This document shows positions 9,944-18,749 of a stretch of 64,000 nucleotides of DNA, one piece after another. The position numbers and the translations under genes were made by a program. The notes beneath the pieces are model-generated. The model was not told the DNA's origin, made no database searches, and saw only the letters and a list, made by a program, of their open reading frames with translations. The DNA is from Escherichia phage APCEc01, in sequence record NC_029091.1; one strand, 5' to 3'. Numbering within the stretch: position 1 is the first letter of the stretch; each line of letters opens with the position of its first letter.

Positions 9944-10281
9944 CCGTATGGCCTTCTCTTGGTGAGAACATTCTAATTTTTATTATGAGTATTGGCATGG
10001 GATTTGCCTTTGGATTAGTTGGATTTCTTATTGACGGCGTTGTGTTAGGATTTATAGGGAACACTGGTGGATTCACAGACCAATGGCAGGACTTACGGTA
10101 TACCCAAGCCTTTGCATCCATCGCATCATTTTGTACTGTAGTCTATTTTTACTACGATTTTATAAACCACAACAAGAAAAATAAAAAGGTTTACGCTTCT
10201 CAAATGATTAGTTATAATGAACTCCTAGCTAGACGTGAAAATGAAACAATCGAAAACTTTATTAAGGAATGTAGAAAATGA
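9922..10281 (+). CDS. membrane protein with C-terminal ENFIKECR motif
   Basis: 119 aa, two predicted TM helices; ends ...ETIENFIKECRK overlapping next start (ATGA). Confidence 0.5.
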   Translation: MQKPQLLTVWPSLGENILIFIMSIGMGFAFGLVGFLIDGVVLGFIGNTGGFTDQWQDLRYTQAFASIASFCTVVYFYYDFINHNKKNKKVYASQMISYNELLARRENETIENFIKECRK

Positions 10282-10583
10282 GTAAGATTATTGAAATTAA
10301 AGTACCAGAGTTTAATGATGCCAAATCCGCTTCAGATGCAATTTATAAACTTCTGAATCAAGCTGAACGTATCGAAGAAGAAGCAACAAAGATCGCAGAC
10401 CAATATGCCGTATCATTTTCTGTAGGTGATTATGGTAGCGGTCGTACTTATTATCCTAAGGGTGAAATCGTATCCCAGTGGATGAAAGATGAAATTGAAA
10501 ATAATGGCGGCGATGTTAAGCGTGAAGGTAATGGATACGTTATTACTGAAGGTGCTTGGGTTTCGTCTTCTGCGTTGTGCTAA
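10278..10583 (+). CDS. small protein, paralog family member 1 (C-terminal GAWVSSSALC)
   Basis: 101 aa; first of three tandem ORFs with related C-termini. Confidence 0.5.
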   Translation: MSKIIEIKVPEFNDAKSASDAIYKLLNQAERIEEEATKIADQYAVSFSVGDYGSGRTYYPKGEIVSQWMKDEIENNGGDVKREGNGYVITEGAWVSSSALC

Positions 10584-10592
10584 GGAATCATT

Positions 10593-10865
10593 ATGTCTAA
10601 AGAACAAACCGAACTGGCTGAAGCTGTAGCAAAAATCTATGCAGCTATTGAGGCTGCCAAAGAAATTGCTGATAAACAAAACACAACATTCAACTTGTAC
10701 CCAGCTTATGGTATGGGTGGAACCTATCATTCACCCGGACATCTTAAAGCCGATCTTGAACGTTGTACAAAAAACGGCTATGCTGAATGGGCTGACGTTT
10801 ACCAATACGACTACAACCTGAGCCTCGAAACTGGTGGTTGGGTCGCATCTTCTCACACTTGCTAA
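10593..10865 (+). CDS. small protein, paralog family member 2 (C-terminal GGWVASSHTC)
   Basis: 90 aa; each of the three is preceded by CTAAGGAA RBS. Confidence 0.5.
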   Translation: MSKEQTELAEAVAKIYAAIEAAKEIADKQNTTFNLYPAYGMGGTYHSPGHLKADLERCTKNGYAEWADVYQYDYNLSLETGGWVASSHTC

Positions 10866-10874
10866 GGAAACAAT

Positions 10875-11072
10875 ATGTCTCGTGAATTAGATTGTGCTGT
10901 ACGTACGGCAGTAGCTGCTCTGGAAAACCTGTTCCAAATTGCAACAGAAGAACGCGAAGAAGTTACATTATGGATTGAAGATAACGCAGGTCTGAATCTC
11001 CAGGACGCGATCTCATTATCCCACAATAGTATCACTGTTCAAGGCTGGGTATCATCTAGTTATTCTTGCTAA
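10875..11072 (+). CDS. small protein, paralog family member 3 (C-terminal GWVSSSYSC)
   Basis: 65 aa. Confidence 0.5.
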   Translation: MSRELDCAVRTAVAALENLFQIATEEREEVTLWIEDNAGLNLQDAISLSHNSITVQGWVSSSYSC

Positions 11073-11076
11073 AACA

Positions 11077-11115
11077 GTTTACAACAAGATAGGGCTATGT
11101 TATAGTAGTCCTATC
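11077..11115 (+). promoter_or_regulatory. early promoter (PeSL type)
   Basis: GTTTAC at 11077, TATAGT at 11101, inverted repeat AGGGCTAT / ATAGTCCT. Confidence 0.6.
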
Positions 11116-11134
11116 AAAACAAATGGAGTCCACA

Positions 11135-11374
11135 ATGATTTATTACGAAAGTATCGGAACCAAAGTGGTTAGTAAAACCATTACTCGTGAAAAGTTTGCA
11201 AAGATATTCGATATGCGTTATAAAAAATCTGAACACAAAGGCATCCGATTCGAAGATGCGCACTGTACAATTTGCCCTTATAATGAAGACATAAACGGTA
11301 CAATCGTTCCATTGGTAGAGGCTTCACATGATGACCTCTGGGATGAATATAATATCGCATGTCGTGAAATTTAA
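11135..11374 (+). CDS. hypothetical protein
   Basis: ATG 11135 after GGAG; 79 aa. Confidence 0.45.
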   Translation: MIYYESIGTKVVSKTITREKFAKIFDMRYKKSEHKGIRFEDAHCTICPYNEDINGTIVPLVEASHDDLWDEYNIACREI

Positions 11375-11402
11375 GTTAATGAATTAATCCGAGGAAAATA
11401 TT

Positions 11403-12359
11403 ATGATGTTAGTTATTGGTTCTCGTGCACTTCACTATCACGGTCTTATTGATTCTAGCGCTATTAAAAATAGTGATTGGGACTTTATTGCGGACCAAGG
11501 TTCTTGGAATGCATTCAAAAATCAAATGATGGGTGTATATGTTCACCAAGATAACCCTGATGTCCAAGTTTTCAAATGCTTCCATAATGGACGCGAAACT
11601 CATTTTGAAGCATATATTGTTCCGGCAATCACTAATGTCCGTGAATTAGTCGGTGAACTCACTCCTGAAGATTTCACGTCTTCTTATGACCTTTTAAAAT
11701 ACGCCAAGAAAAATTTGACTAAAGACCGTTTGAACGGGTTTTACTGGGCAACTCCTGAGATATGTCTTGCAATTAAGATGTCTCATCGTTTCAAGAAAAA
11801 TAATCCATTCTTTTTAAAGACTATGAACCATATTCAGTATCTTCGTGGTAAAGGTGTTACACTGAACGATGAACTTACTGAAATTATGCTGAAACGCCAG
11901 AAAGAAACCTTGAATTATGCTCACCCAGTTCTTGACACTTCTAAAAGTGCGTTCTTTAAAGATGACATCTATACATATGACCATGATACTATTCATGAAG
12001 CCATTGCACTAACAGACCGTCCAGCGTATACATTTTATATGAAAGATGGTTCTGAAGTCATGACCTCACGCGAGAAGTTCGAATCATTACCAGAAATGGT
12101 CAAATTGGCCGGCGTATACGAAGAATCATGTGTACTAGCGTTAGAACGTTCTCAGATTCCTAATAACTTTGAAATCCATCCACGTGATAGTTTTATGATG
12201 GCCCTTGAAAAGGTCTGTACATCAATCACATCAGGATGGTTCCGTGAGTTCGCTTGGGAAAATTATAGCAAAGTAGTAAGTATGTACCAAAGCTTAGGAC
12301 ACGACGATTACGTCAAGCGTTTCAAACAAAACTTTCATATGGTAAAACCTTTCAAATAA
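11403..12359 (+). CDS. hypothetical protein (318 aa)
   Basis: Long ORF with GAGGAAAATA RBS; no family recognised. Confidence 0.5.
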   Translation: MMLVIGSRALHYHGLIDSSAIKNSDWDFIADQGSWNAFKNQMMGVYVHQDNPDVQVFKCFHNGRETHFEAYIVPAITNVRELVGELTPEDFTSSYDLLKYAKKNLTKDRLNGFYWATPEICLAIKMSHRFKKNNPFFLKTMNHIQYLRGKGVTLNDELTEIMLKRQKETLNYAHPVLDTSKSAFFKDDIYTYDHDTIHEAIALTDRPAYTFYMKDGSEVMTSREKFESLPEMVKLAGVYEESCVLALERSQIPNNFEIHPRDSFMMALEKVCTSITSGWFREFAWENYSKVVSMYQSLGHDDYVKRFKQNFHMVKPFK

Positions 12360-12371
12360 TTTCACAAAACA

Positions 12372-12410
12372 GTTTACAAGGTCTGTAGTTGTTGATACTA
12401 TAGACCTATC
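12372..12410 (+). promoter_or_regulatory. early promoter (PeSL type)
   Basis: GTTTAC at 12372, TACTAT at 12396, TAGACCTATCAAAACAA box. Confidence 0.6.
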
Positions 12411-12439
12411 AAAACAAATGAGTGAATGGAGATATAAAA

Positions 12440-12640
12440 ATGACTACTTTGAATAAACGTTTCGGTAAAGCTAAACCTGGTTGTGCAGCAGAACGTCGTT
12501 ATGTTTTCGCTCAGTTAGAAGATGTAGAGTATCAGATTAATCAAGTTCACATTACTGGCATCGAGCCTATGTGTGGCCTTGAAGCTCTTCGTGAAGTTCG
12601 TGATGGGTATCGTCGTGACATCGAAGAAATGTCAAAATAA
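12440..12640 (+). CDS. hypothetical small protein
   Basis: ATG 12440 after GGAG; 66 aa. Confidence 0.45.
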   Translation: MTTLNKRFGKAKPGCAAERRYVFAQLEDVEYQINQVHITGIEPMCGLEALREVRDGYRRDIEEMSK

Positions 12641-12641
12641 G

Positions 12642-12680
12642 TGTACAAACTGATAGGACTATGTTATAGTAGTCCTATTA
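12642..12680 (+). promoter_or_regulatory. early promoter (PeSL type)
   Basis: TGTACA -35-like, TATAGT at 12665, inverted repeat TAGGACTA / TAGTCCTA. Confidence 0.55.
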
Positions 12681-12698
12681 AAACATGAGGAGAATATT

Positions 12699-13004
12699 AT
12701 GAAATTAGGCGAAACCAACCGAATTGGTCTTTTAACAATATTTGTATCACTTTTTTACGCAGCTCTTTCTGTTGCAGTATTACAAAAGGCTTACAGTATG
12801 GATGGTGTTCCTGGTTTTGTATTCTTATCGCCGTTTTTGCTATTCGTTGGAGCATTGTTATTATATGCCACGACTAGTTTCGACCATAACGTCTGGGTCA
12901 ATTATAAATGTAAATTGTCTGAAGAAGAACACGCAGAAGCTCGTAAAAAAGCTATTGAATCTACCAATCTAGAAAATTTCATTAAAGAATGTCGAGGAAA
13001 ATAA
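12699..13004 (+). CDS. membrane protein with C-terminal ENFIKECR motif
   Basis: 101 aa, two hydrophobic helices; ends ...NLENFIKECRGK. Confidence 0.5.
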   Translation: MKLGETNRIGLLTIFVSLFYAALSVAVLQKAYSMDGVPGFVFLSPFLLFVGALLLYATTSFDHNVWVNYKCKLSEEEHAEARKKAIESTNLENFIKECRGK

Positions 13005-13005
13005 T

Positions 13006-13692
13006 ATGAATAGTTCTAAAGTGTTTAATAGTCAAGCTCGTGCAGTAGGTGGTTTTGCTCATGCGATTAAAAATGACCAGATTAAAAACGAGCCTATGTT
13101 CTTTAATTGCGATTTGAATTTTGCTTTTGATAACGGCGGTCCAATTACTCGTAGCTTTATCCAAAATCTCCCTGACGATTGGAAAGACTCGGATGTAGTA
13201 TTTGATTCACGAGTCCATATGCTGATGCCTGGTTGGTATCCTGCTATTCCTGGTTATCACCATGATGACGTACCACGCCCGGATATTCCGGTTGGTCAAC
13301 ATTTTATTACTGCAGGACAACCTGACTATGACAATCCTCGCTATTTGTCTGAACATATTCTTGGTCTTGTTAACGCTGATGTGTGTCCTACTCATTTTGC
13401 AACAGGAACTGCAGAGTTCAGTCAGATTCCTGATGGCGAACTTATCTATCGCCAGTGGCACAAAGAAGTCCTCGAAAAAATCGAAAAAGGCGAACTAGAG
13501 AAATGGGAAGCTCCAGATCGTACTCTTCTTCAGTTTGATTGGCAAACATGGCACACTGGTTCTCGTGCAATTAGTAACGGATGGCGTTGGTTCGGACGTG
13601 TATCTCGTAATACAGACCGAGTTAAAAAGATTACCAATGAAATTCGTGTCAATGCCCAAGTTTATCTGGAATTCCCTATGGAAGGATGGTAA
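13006..13692 (+). CDS. hypothetical protein (weak hint of 2OG-Fe(II) oxygenase-like His/Asp motifs)
   Basis: 228 aa; contains HHDD and WHTGSR...GRVSR; assignment tentative. Confidence 0.45.
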   Translation: MNSSKVFNSQARAVGGFAHAIKNDQIKNEPMFFNCDLNFAFDNGGPITRSFIQNLPDDWKDSDVVFDSRVHMLMPGWYPAIPGYHHDDVPRPDIPVGQHFITAGQPDYDNPRYLSEHILGLVNADVCPTHFATGTAEFSQIPDGELIYRQWHKEVLEKIEKGELEKWEAPDRTLLQFDWQTWHTGSRAISNGWRWFGRVSRNTDRVKKITNEIRVNAQVYLEFPMEGW

Positions 13693-14183
13693 TGATTAAC
13701 AAAACATATTGGTCTAATATAGACGATGGCAACGAAGGTATTTCATACTATTCAGTAGATTGGACAGGATGTCCATCCTACTTAGTGAAACATATTTGCC
13801 AAGAATTTAAAATCGACCAGCCAGCAGGTATTATCGTGAACAGATACATTAATGGATATCAACCTATCGATGAAGTAATACGAACAACTCAAGCTGAGCT
13901 TGAAAAGTTTTTCAATAAGTGCCAATGGATAACAGGATGGATTATATTTGTACCGTCGGTATGGTTTTTTAGTACTAAGGTGAGTTCTTTCGGTTTTGTT
14001 GATATTATTGCTATCTTATTAGCATCTGCTATCGTAAGTATAATTGGCGGTATAATTGGTGGAGGTACTGTAGGCATCATTATTAATCTTGTTAAAAGTA
14101 GTTTACAAGAACGTAAAGACAAGATAAAGGCCAAGAATAATGAAGTTGAACGTTTTATTACCGAATGCAGGAATTTGAGATGA
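13686..14183 (+). CDS. membrane protein with C-terminal ERFITECR motif
   Basis: 165 aa; C-terminal TM segments and Gly-rich stretch; ends ...NNEVERFITECRNLR. Confidence 0.5.
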   Translation: MVMINKTYWSNIDDGNEGISYYSVDWTGCPSYLVKHICQEFKIDQPAGIIVNRYINGYQPIDEVIRTTQAELEKFFNKCQWITGWIIFVPSVWFFSTKVSSFGFVDIIAILLASAIVSIIGGIIGGGTVGIIINLVKSSLQERKDKIKAKNNEVERFITECRNLR

Positions 14184-14416
14184 GTATAGCAATTTACATT
14201 AAATCAGAATCATGTGATAGTTATCTGTACACATATGATAAAGATGTGTCAGAAGAAAAAATCAAAGACGACCTTAATATGGACCTTGATATGTTCTGTC
14301 CTATTGCAGATTACAAACTTGCGGTCTCTAATAGTGAAAGTCCATCTAAAGAAACGCGCATTGAAGAATTTATGTCCGAATTAATGGCCAAATCATGGGA
14401 CCGAGATGATGAGTAA
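14180..14416 (+). CDS. hypothetical acidic protein
   Basis: ATG 14180 overlapping upstream stop; 78 aa. Confidence 0.45.
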   Translation: MSIAIYIKSESCDSYLYTYDKDVSEEKIKDDLNMDLDMFCPIADYKLAVSNSESPSKETRIEEFMSELMAKSWDRDDE

Positions 14417-14864
14417 GAAAAATAAAGTGAAAGAACTATCAGCCGGTATTATTTTCCTTACCGAAGATAAAGAATTATTCATGGGGCGTGTAACTGGTTC
14501 TCGTCCTAAAGGTGCATTAGCTCATCGGTGGGATATTCCTAAAGGCCGTGTCGAACCTGGCGAATCTCCTATTGAAGCCGCTATTCGTGAATGCGAAGAA
14601 GAAACTGGGTTTACACAATATGACCCTGCCTTCCTGAAAGACCTAGGTGAACATCATTACTCAGACAATAAGAATATTCATCTGTTCCTATATACCATCC
14701 CTGTAGAGCACGAGCAATTCAGAAACAGTGTTTGTAATTCCTATCATACATTCCCAGACGGACGACAGATTCCTGAATTTGATGCATTCGCTTTAATTAA
14801 ACCTTCTCAATGGGAATATGTAATGGGTAAATCATTATATAAGGTGCTCACTACACTCCTATAA
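14406..14864 (+). CDS. nudE: Nudix hydrolase (NudE-like)
   Basis: Nudix box GRVEPGESPIEAAIRECEEETG; immediately upstream of e as T4 e.1/nudE. Confidence 0.7.
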   Translation: MMSKKNKVKELSAGIIFLTEDKELFMGRVTGSRPKGALAHRWDIPKGRVEPGESPIEAAIRECEEETGFTQYDPAFLKDLGEHHYSDNKNIHLFLYTIPVEHEQFRNSVCNSYHTFPDGRQIPEFDAFALIKPSQWEYVMGKSLYKVLTTLL

Positions 14865-14871
14865 GTAATAA

Positions 14872-14897
14872 ATACCTCCTATAAACGTGGGAGGTAT
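14872..14897 (+). promoter_or_regulatory. stem-loop sequestering the lysozyme Shine-Dalgarno; possible late promoter
   Basis: ATACCTCC (14872-14879) pairs with GGAGGTAT (14890-14897), which contains the GGAGG RBS of gene e; TAATAAATA at 14866-14874 resembles late TATAAATA. Confidence 0.5.
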
Positions 14898-14898
14898 T

Positions 14899-15387
14899 AT
14901 GAATATATTTGAAATGCTTCGTAATGACGAAGGTCTTAGACTGACTTTATACAAAGACACTGAAGGCTTTTGGACGATTGGCATAGGCCATTTAGTAACA
15001 AAGAACCCGTCTTTAGCCGTAGCTAAAGCTGAACTTGACAGAATGATCGGTCGTAAATGCAACGGTACAATTACCCTTGATGAGGCTGAAAAGCTATTTA
15101 ATGAAGACGTTGATAAAGCCGTCCGCGGAATCTTGGGTAATGCTAAACTTAAACCGGTATATGATTCTTTAGACGCAGTTCGTCGGTGTGCATTGGTCAA
15201 TATGGTCTTCCAAATGGGTGTAGCAGGAGTCGCCGGTTTTACTAATTCTCTTCGTATGCTTCAACAGAAACGTTGGGATGAAGCGGCAGTAAATCTAGCC
15301 CAATCTAAATGGTATCGTCAGACACCTAATCGCGCGAAACGCGTAATCTCAACATTTAAAACAGGAACTTGGAAAGCGTATATATGA
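14899..15387 (+). CDS. e: lysozyme (endolysin, T4 e-like)
   Basis: [32 protein letters not shown]... near-identical in pattern to T4 lysozyme; 162 aa. Confidence 0.92.
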   Translation: MNIFEMLRNDEGLRLTLYKDTEGFWTIGIGHLVTKNPSLAVAKAELDRMIGRKCNGTITLDEAEKLFNEDVDKAVRGILGNAKLKPVYDSLDAVRRCALVNMVFQMGVAGVAGFTNSLRMLQQKRWDEAAVNLAQSKWYRQTPNRAKRVISTFKTGTWKAYI

Positions 15388-15665
15388 AAACATATAGTGA
15401 ATTTTTATCAGAATCTATTCTTAACGAAGCTACTGACACATTTGCAACTAAGCTAGGTGCAGCTTTGGTTGAAGCTGAAAGTCTATTAGCACGTATTTCT
15501 GAACTTGCTAGTAAGATAGATACTCGCAAATTTGAACGTACCAGCGATATCGCTAAGCTTGAAGCCTTGTTGCGTATGTGCGATAAACCAGAAGAAATCG
15601 CTAAGAACGGCTCGCTGATGAAACAACGTCTTGAAAAATATATTTCAGGCGCTTCAGAAAAATAG
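15384..15665 (+). CDS. internal-protein-like protein with capsid targeting sequence
   Basis: ATG 15384 overlapping e stop; N-terminus [11 protein letters not shown]; 93 aa. Confidence 0.5.
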   Translation: MKTYSEFLSESILNEATDTFATKLGAALVEAESLLARISELASKIDTRKFERTSDIAKLEALLRMCDKPEEIAKNGSLMKQRLEKYISGASEK

Positions 15666-15666
15666 T

Positions 15667-15700
15667 GTTTACTTCCTCCAAGGGTTTTGATACTATACAT
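15667..15700 (+). promoter_or_regulatory. early promoter
   Basis: GTTTAC at 15667, TACTAT at 15691. Confidence 0.5.
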
Positions 15701-15723
15701 TCATCAACTACTTGGAGGAAATT

Positions 15724-16137
15724 ATGACTCGTATCAATTTAACACTTGTTTCTGAACTGTCCGACCAACATCTTATGGCTGAGTATCGTGAATTACCACG
15801 CGTATTTGGTGCAGTCCGTAAACATGTTCAAAACGGTAAACGTGTAAAGGATTTTAAAATCTCTCCAACATTTATCTTAGGCACAGGTCACGTAACATTC
15901 TTTTACGACAAACTCGAATTTTTACGTTTACGTCAAATCGAGCTAATCGCTGAATGCTTGAAACGTGGTTTCAAAATCAAGGACACGACTGTCCAGGATA
16001 TTTCCGACATTCCTGTAGAATTTCGTAATAATTACGTCCCGTCCGAAGCGTCCATTGCGATAAGTCAAGCACGCTTAGATGAAAAAATTGCTCAACGTCC
16101 GACTTGGTACAAATACTATGGTAAATCAATTTACTAA
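15724..16137 (+). CDS. denV: endonuclease V (pyrimidine dimer DNA glycosylase, DenV)
   Basis: ATG 15724 after GGAGG; [34 protein letters not shown]... matches T4 DenV; 137 aa. Confidence 0.9.
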   Translation: MTRINLTLVSELSDQHLMAEYRELPRVFGAVRKHVQNGKRVKDFKISPTFILGTGHVTFFYDKLEFLRLRQIELIAECLKRGFKIKDTTVQDISDIPVEFRNNYVPSEASIAISQARLDEKIAQRPTWYKYYGKSIY

Positions 16138-16144
16138 GGAAAAA

Positions 16145-16405
16145 ATGAAAATGTATCAAGAATTTATCATTGAAGTAGATGCCAAAGACCCCAAATTTAA
16201 AGTTAAAGCTTTCATTGGTGATGCGGAAGACTTTGGCTCATTAAAACGTAATGGGTATTCTTTCTTGGGTGGCGATGGTAAAGAAATCAACACCTATGCA
16301 AAACGTAGTGAAATTGCTTATGTTGTAGTAAGTCCTAAAGTAGATGTTGACGATATTGGATACGATTTTAACAACTTCGGAATTATTTCTGGCGGTAAAG
16401 CTTAA
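16145..16405 (+). CDS. internal-protein-like protein with capsid targeting sequence
   Basis: ATG 16145; N-terminus MKMYQEFIIEV; 86 aa. Track start 16079 lies inside denV. Confidence 0.5.
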   Translation: MKMYQEFIIEVDAKDPKFKVKAFIGDAEDFGSLKRNGYSFLGGDGKEINTYAKRSEIAYVVVSPKVDVDDIGYDFNNFGIISGGKA

Positions 16406-16408
16406 ATT

Positions 16409-16445
16409 GTTTACGCTTAAGTATTAATATGGTATAATTACTCTA
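16409..16445 (+). promoter_or_regulatory. early promoter
   Basis: GTTTAC at 16409, TATAAT at 16434, CTCTATCAAAACAAACAAGG box. Confidence 0.5.
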
Positions 16446-16468
16446 TCAAAACAAACAAGGAAACAAAA

Positions 16469-16783
16469 ATGAAAACGTATAAAGAATTTATTGCAGAATC
16501 CGCCAACCAACGCGTTGAAGGTGGTTATATTTGGATTGAACAAGTTGAGCCACCGAGCCGCACTTCTACAGGTAAATGGAAAATTACTGTTGACGGTCCT
16601 GGCGGTAAACGTAGGACTCTTAAAGAAATTAACGGGTACTATGAAGAAGCTCTTTCGGATGCAGGAACTTACATGATGCAAATCATGATTAAAAACCCTG
16701 AAAACCGTTTTGCAGCTAAAGTCTTCCGTCGTATTGGTAATAAACTTTATGATGCATACTCTAAAAACTTCCCTAAAGAATAA
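16469..16783 (+). CDS. internal-protein-like protein with capsid targeting sequence
   Basis: N-terminus MKTYKEFIAES; 104 aa. Confidence 0.55.
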   Translation: MKTYKEFIAESANQRVEGGYIWIEQVEPPSRTSTGKWKITVDGPGGKRRTLKEINGYYEEALSDAGTYMMQIMIKNPENRFAAKVFRRIGNKLYDAYSKNFPKE

Positions 16784-16808
16784 CATAAATTAAAACAATA
16801 GGAACAAA

Positions 16809-17138
16809 ATGAAAACATATCAGGAGTTTATCACTGAAGTTACATTATCTGCGGAACAGAAAGCTGCTATCGAAGAAGGTAAAAATCCCAAAGTAACATA
16901 CAAAGTAAATAGTAAAGGCGTTTTTGATGGCTTGGTTCAAGACCCTGAATTGAAAAAAGCTCTTTCTAAAACTAATGCGTACTTTGCTCCTAAATTTAAC
17001 ACAGCCGGTGTACTTATTGGATTGGACGTATTCAACTCTAAAGGTGTTCTATCTAATGCCTTTGGTTATGCCGCTAACAAAATTACCAAAGCAGCATGGG
17101 AATCCAATACCAAACAAGCTCAAAAGCCTAGAGTATAA
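16809..17138 (+). CDS. internal-protein-like protein with capsid targeting sequence
   Basis: N-terminus MKTYQEFITEV; 109 aa. Confidence 0.55.
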   Translation: MKTYQEFITEVTLSAEQKAAIEEGKNPKVTYKVNSKGVFDGLVQDPELKKALSKTNAYFAPKFNTAGVLIGLDVFNSKGVLSNAFGYAANKITKAAWESNTKQAQKPRV

Positions 17139-17311
17139 TTCTTGCCTAATAAAGGGAAACGCAACCTCTCCTCATGAACGTCGAGTCCTCTGAGTGATGT
17201 ACCTTTTCCAACCTGTAATAAGGTCGAGCCCAAGTGCGGTAATGGGTTTACATAGCGAGTCGAAGGACCTAACATGTGCCACGGAATGGCCCAAACCTTA
17301 AGAGAAATAAT

Positions 17312-17851
17312 ATGAGAACATTTTTAACTGGACCTTATCTATCCCTGATGAATGCTTTTACACACCATTCTGATGCTAGAGTAGAAGAAATTTGTAAGAA
17401 CGGTTATGTCCCACCATTTGAAGACGTACTCAAGCAGTACTGTACACTTCGTTTAGACGGCGGCCGACAATCAGGTAAATCAATTGCTGTGACTAACTTT
17501 GCTGCTAATTGGCTGTATGATGGCGGAACAGTTATTGTTCTTTCTAATACTTCAGCTTATGCTAAAATTTCTGCTGGCAACATTGAAAAAGAATTTTCGC
17601 GTTATTCTAGCGACGATATTCGATTCCGTTTATTTACTGATTCTGTTCGTAGTTTTATTGGCAATGAAGGTTCTAAATTCCGTGGATTAACGCTTTCTCG
17701 TATTCTGTATATAATTGACGAGCCTATTAAAGCTCCTGATATGGATAAGATTTACAATGTACATATTAAAACAGTCCAACACTGTTGCAAAAGCAAATAT
17801 TGCATCGGCGGTAATGCTCGTCCTCAATTTTTTGTGATTGGAATGCAATGA
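17312..17851 (+). CDS. hypothetical protein with P-loop-like motif
   Basis: ATG 17312; 179 aa; GGRQSGKS Walker-A-like and YIIDE segments. Confidence 0.45.
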   Translation: MRTFLTGPYLSLMNAFTHHSDARVEEICKNGYVPPFEDVLKQYCTLRLDGGRQSGKSIAVTNFAANWLYDGGTVIVLSNTSAYAKISAGNIEKEFSRYSSDDIRFRLFTDSVRSFIGNEGSKFRGLTLSRILYIIDEPIKAPDMDKIYNVHIKTVQHCCKSKYCIGGNARPQFFVIGMQ

Positions 17852-18156
17852 TGACCACTATTGAAGTTTTTGAATATTGTTATAACAGCCCAGTATGCAA
17901 TAAAAGGGCCCTTGTAGAAAATTACGAGATTTACCATTTTAAACCTAAACGATACCGTTTGACTAAAGGTCCGTTCGCAGGGCAGCAGGTTCTTTGTACT
18001 GCTCCTAATGCACGGTTGATGACTAGTATTCCACATTTCAAAATGGAATTTATTGACGGGCCATTTAAGGGATTAATCACTCAAAGTTTAATGGCGTTTA
18101 ATTCCGACCCATTTTTGATTAAAGAAAAAACTTGGATAAATTTATTTTCTAATTGA
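17848..18156 (+). CDS. hypothetical protein
   Basis: 102 aa; ATGA overlap with upstream gene. Confidence 0.45.
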   Translation: MMTTIEVFEYCYNSPVCNKRALVENYEIYHFKPKRYRLTKGPFAGQQVLCTAPNARLMTSIPHFKMEFIDGPFKGLITQSLMAFNSDPFLIKEKTWINLFSN

Positions 18157-18162
18157 GGTTAT

Positions 18163-18525
18163 ATGAAAGCATATCAAATTCTTGAAGGCACACACAAAGG
18201 CACTATTTATTTTGAAGACGGTACTCAAGCCCGGATTATTGTCTCTAAGACTTTTAAAGAAGACGCTATTGTAGACCCGGAAATTTTCTACGGTTTGCAT
18301 GCCCGTGAAATTGAAATTGAACATCACCCTAAAGTTAAAATTGAAGGTGGTCAACATCTGAACGTTAACGTTCTGCGTCGTGAAACTCTAGAAGATGCAG
18401 TTAAGCATCCAGAAAAATATCCGCAGCTGACCATCCGTGTATCTGGTTATGCAGTTCGCTTTAACTCTCTGACTCCGGAACAGCAGCGCGACGTTATCGC
18501 TCGCACCTTTACTGAGAGTCTATAA
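18163..18525 (+). CDS. autonomous glycyl radical cofactor (GrcA/YfiD-like)
   Basis: C-terminus [32 protein letters not shown] carries the glycyl-radical RVSGYAV fingerprint; 120 aa. Confidence 0.75.
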   Translation: MKAYQILEGTHKGTIYFEDGTQARIIVSKTFKEDAIVDPEIFYGLHAREIEIEHHPKVKIEGGQHLNVNVLRRETLEDAVKHPEKYPQLTIRVSGYAVRFNSLTPEQQRDVIARTFTESL

Positions 18526-18749
18526 TGGCTAAATTGATTATAGAAGGGTCTGAAGATGTTTTAAAATGTTTTGCCGCCTGGTTTAGTTGCTCAGGCGAGC
18601 AATCATTCACTGAAGCATTTAGAATGGGTGATATTACCGGAAACTATCCGGCAACTGATATCACTGTACGTGGATATGGTATTAATGAGCCTATCCAATT
18701 GGTCGAATATGACCTTGCCACTGATGAGGAAATTCCTTATGTCGATTGA
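18525..18749 (+). CDS. hypothetical protein
   Basis: 74 aa; start overlaps upstream stop. Confidence 0.4.
   Translation: MAKLIIEGSEDVLKCFAAWFSCSGEQSFTEAFRMGDITGNYPATDITVRGYGINEPIQLVEYDLATDEEIPYVD

Noticed and set aside
18571-18738. 5' extension of track ORF 18571..19005
   Set aside because: Overlaps ORF 18525..18749 in another frame; the internal ATG at 18739 with stop/start overlap is the more parsimonious start.
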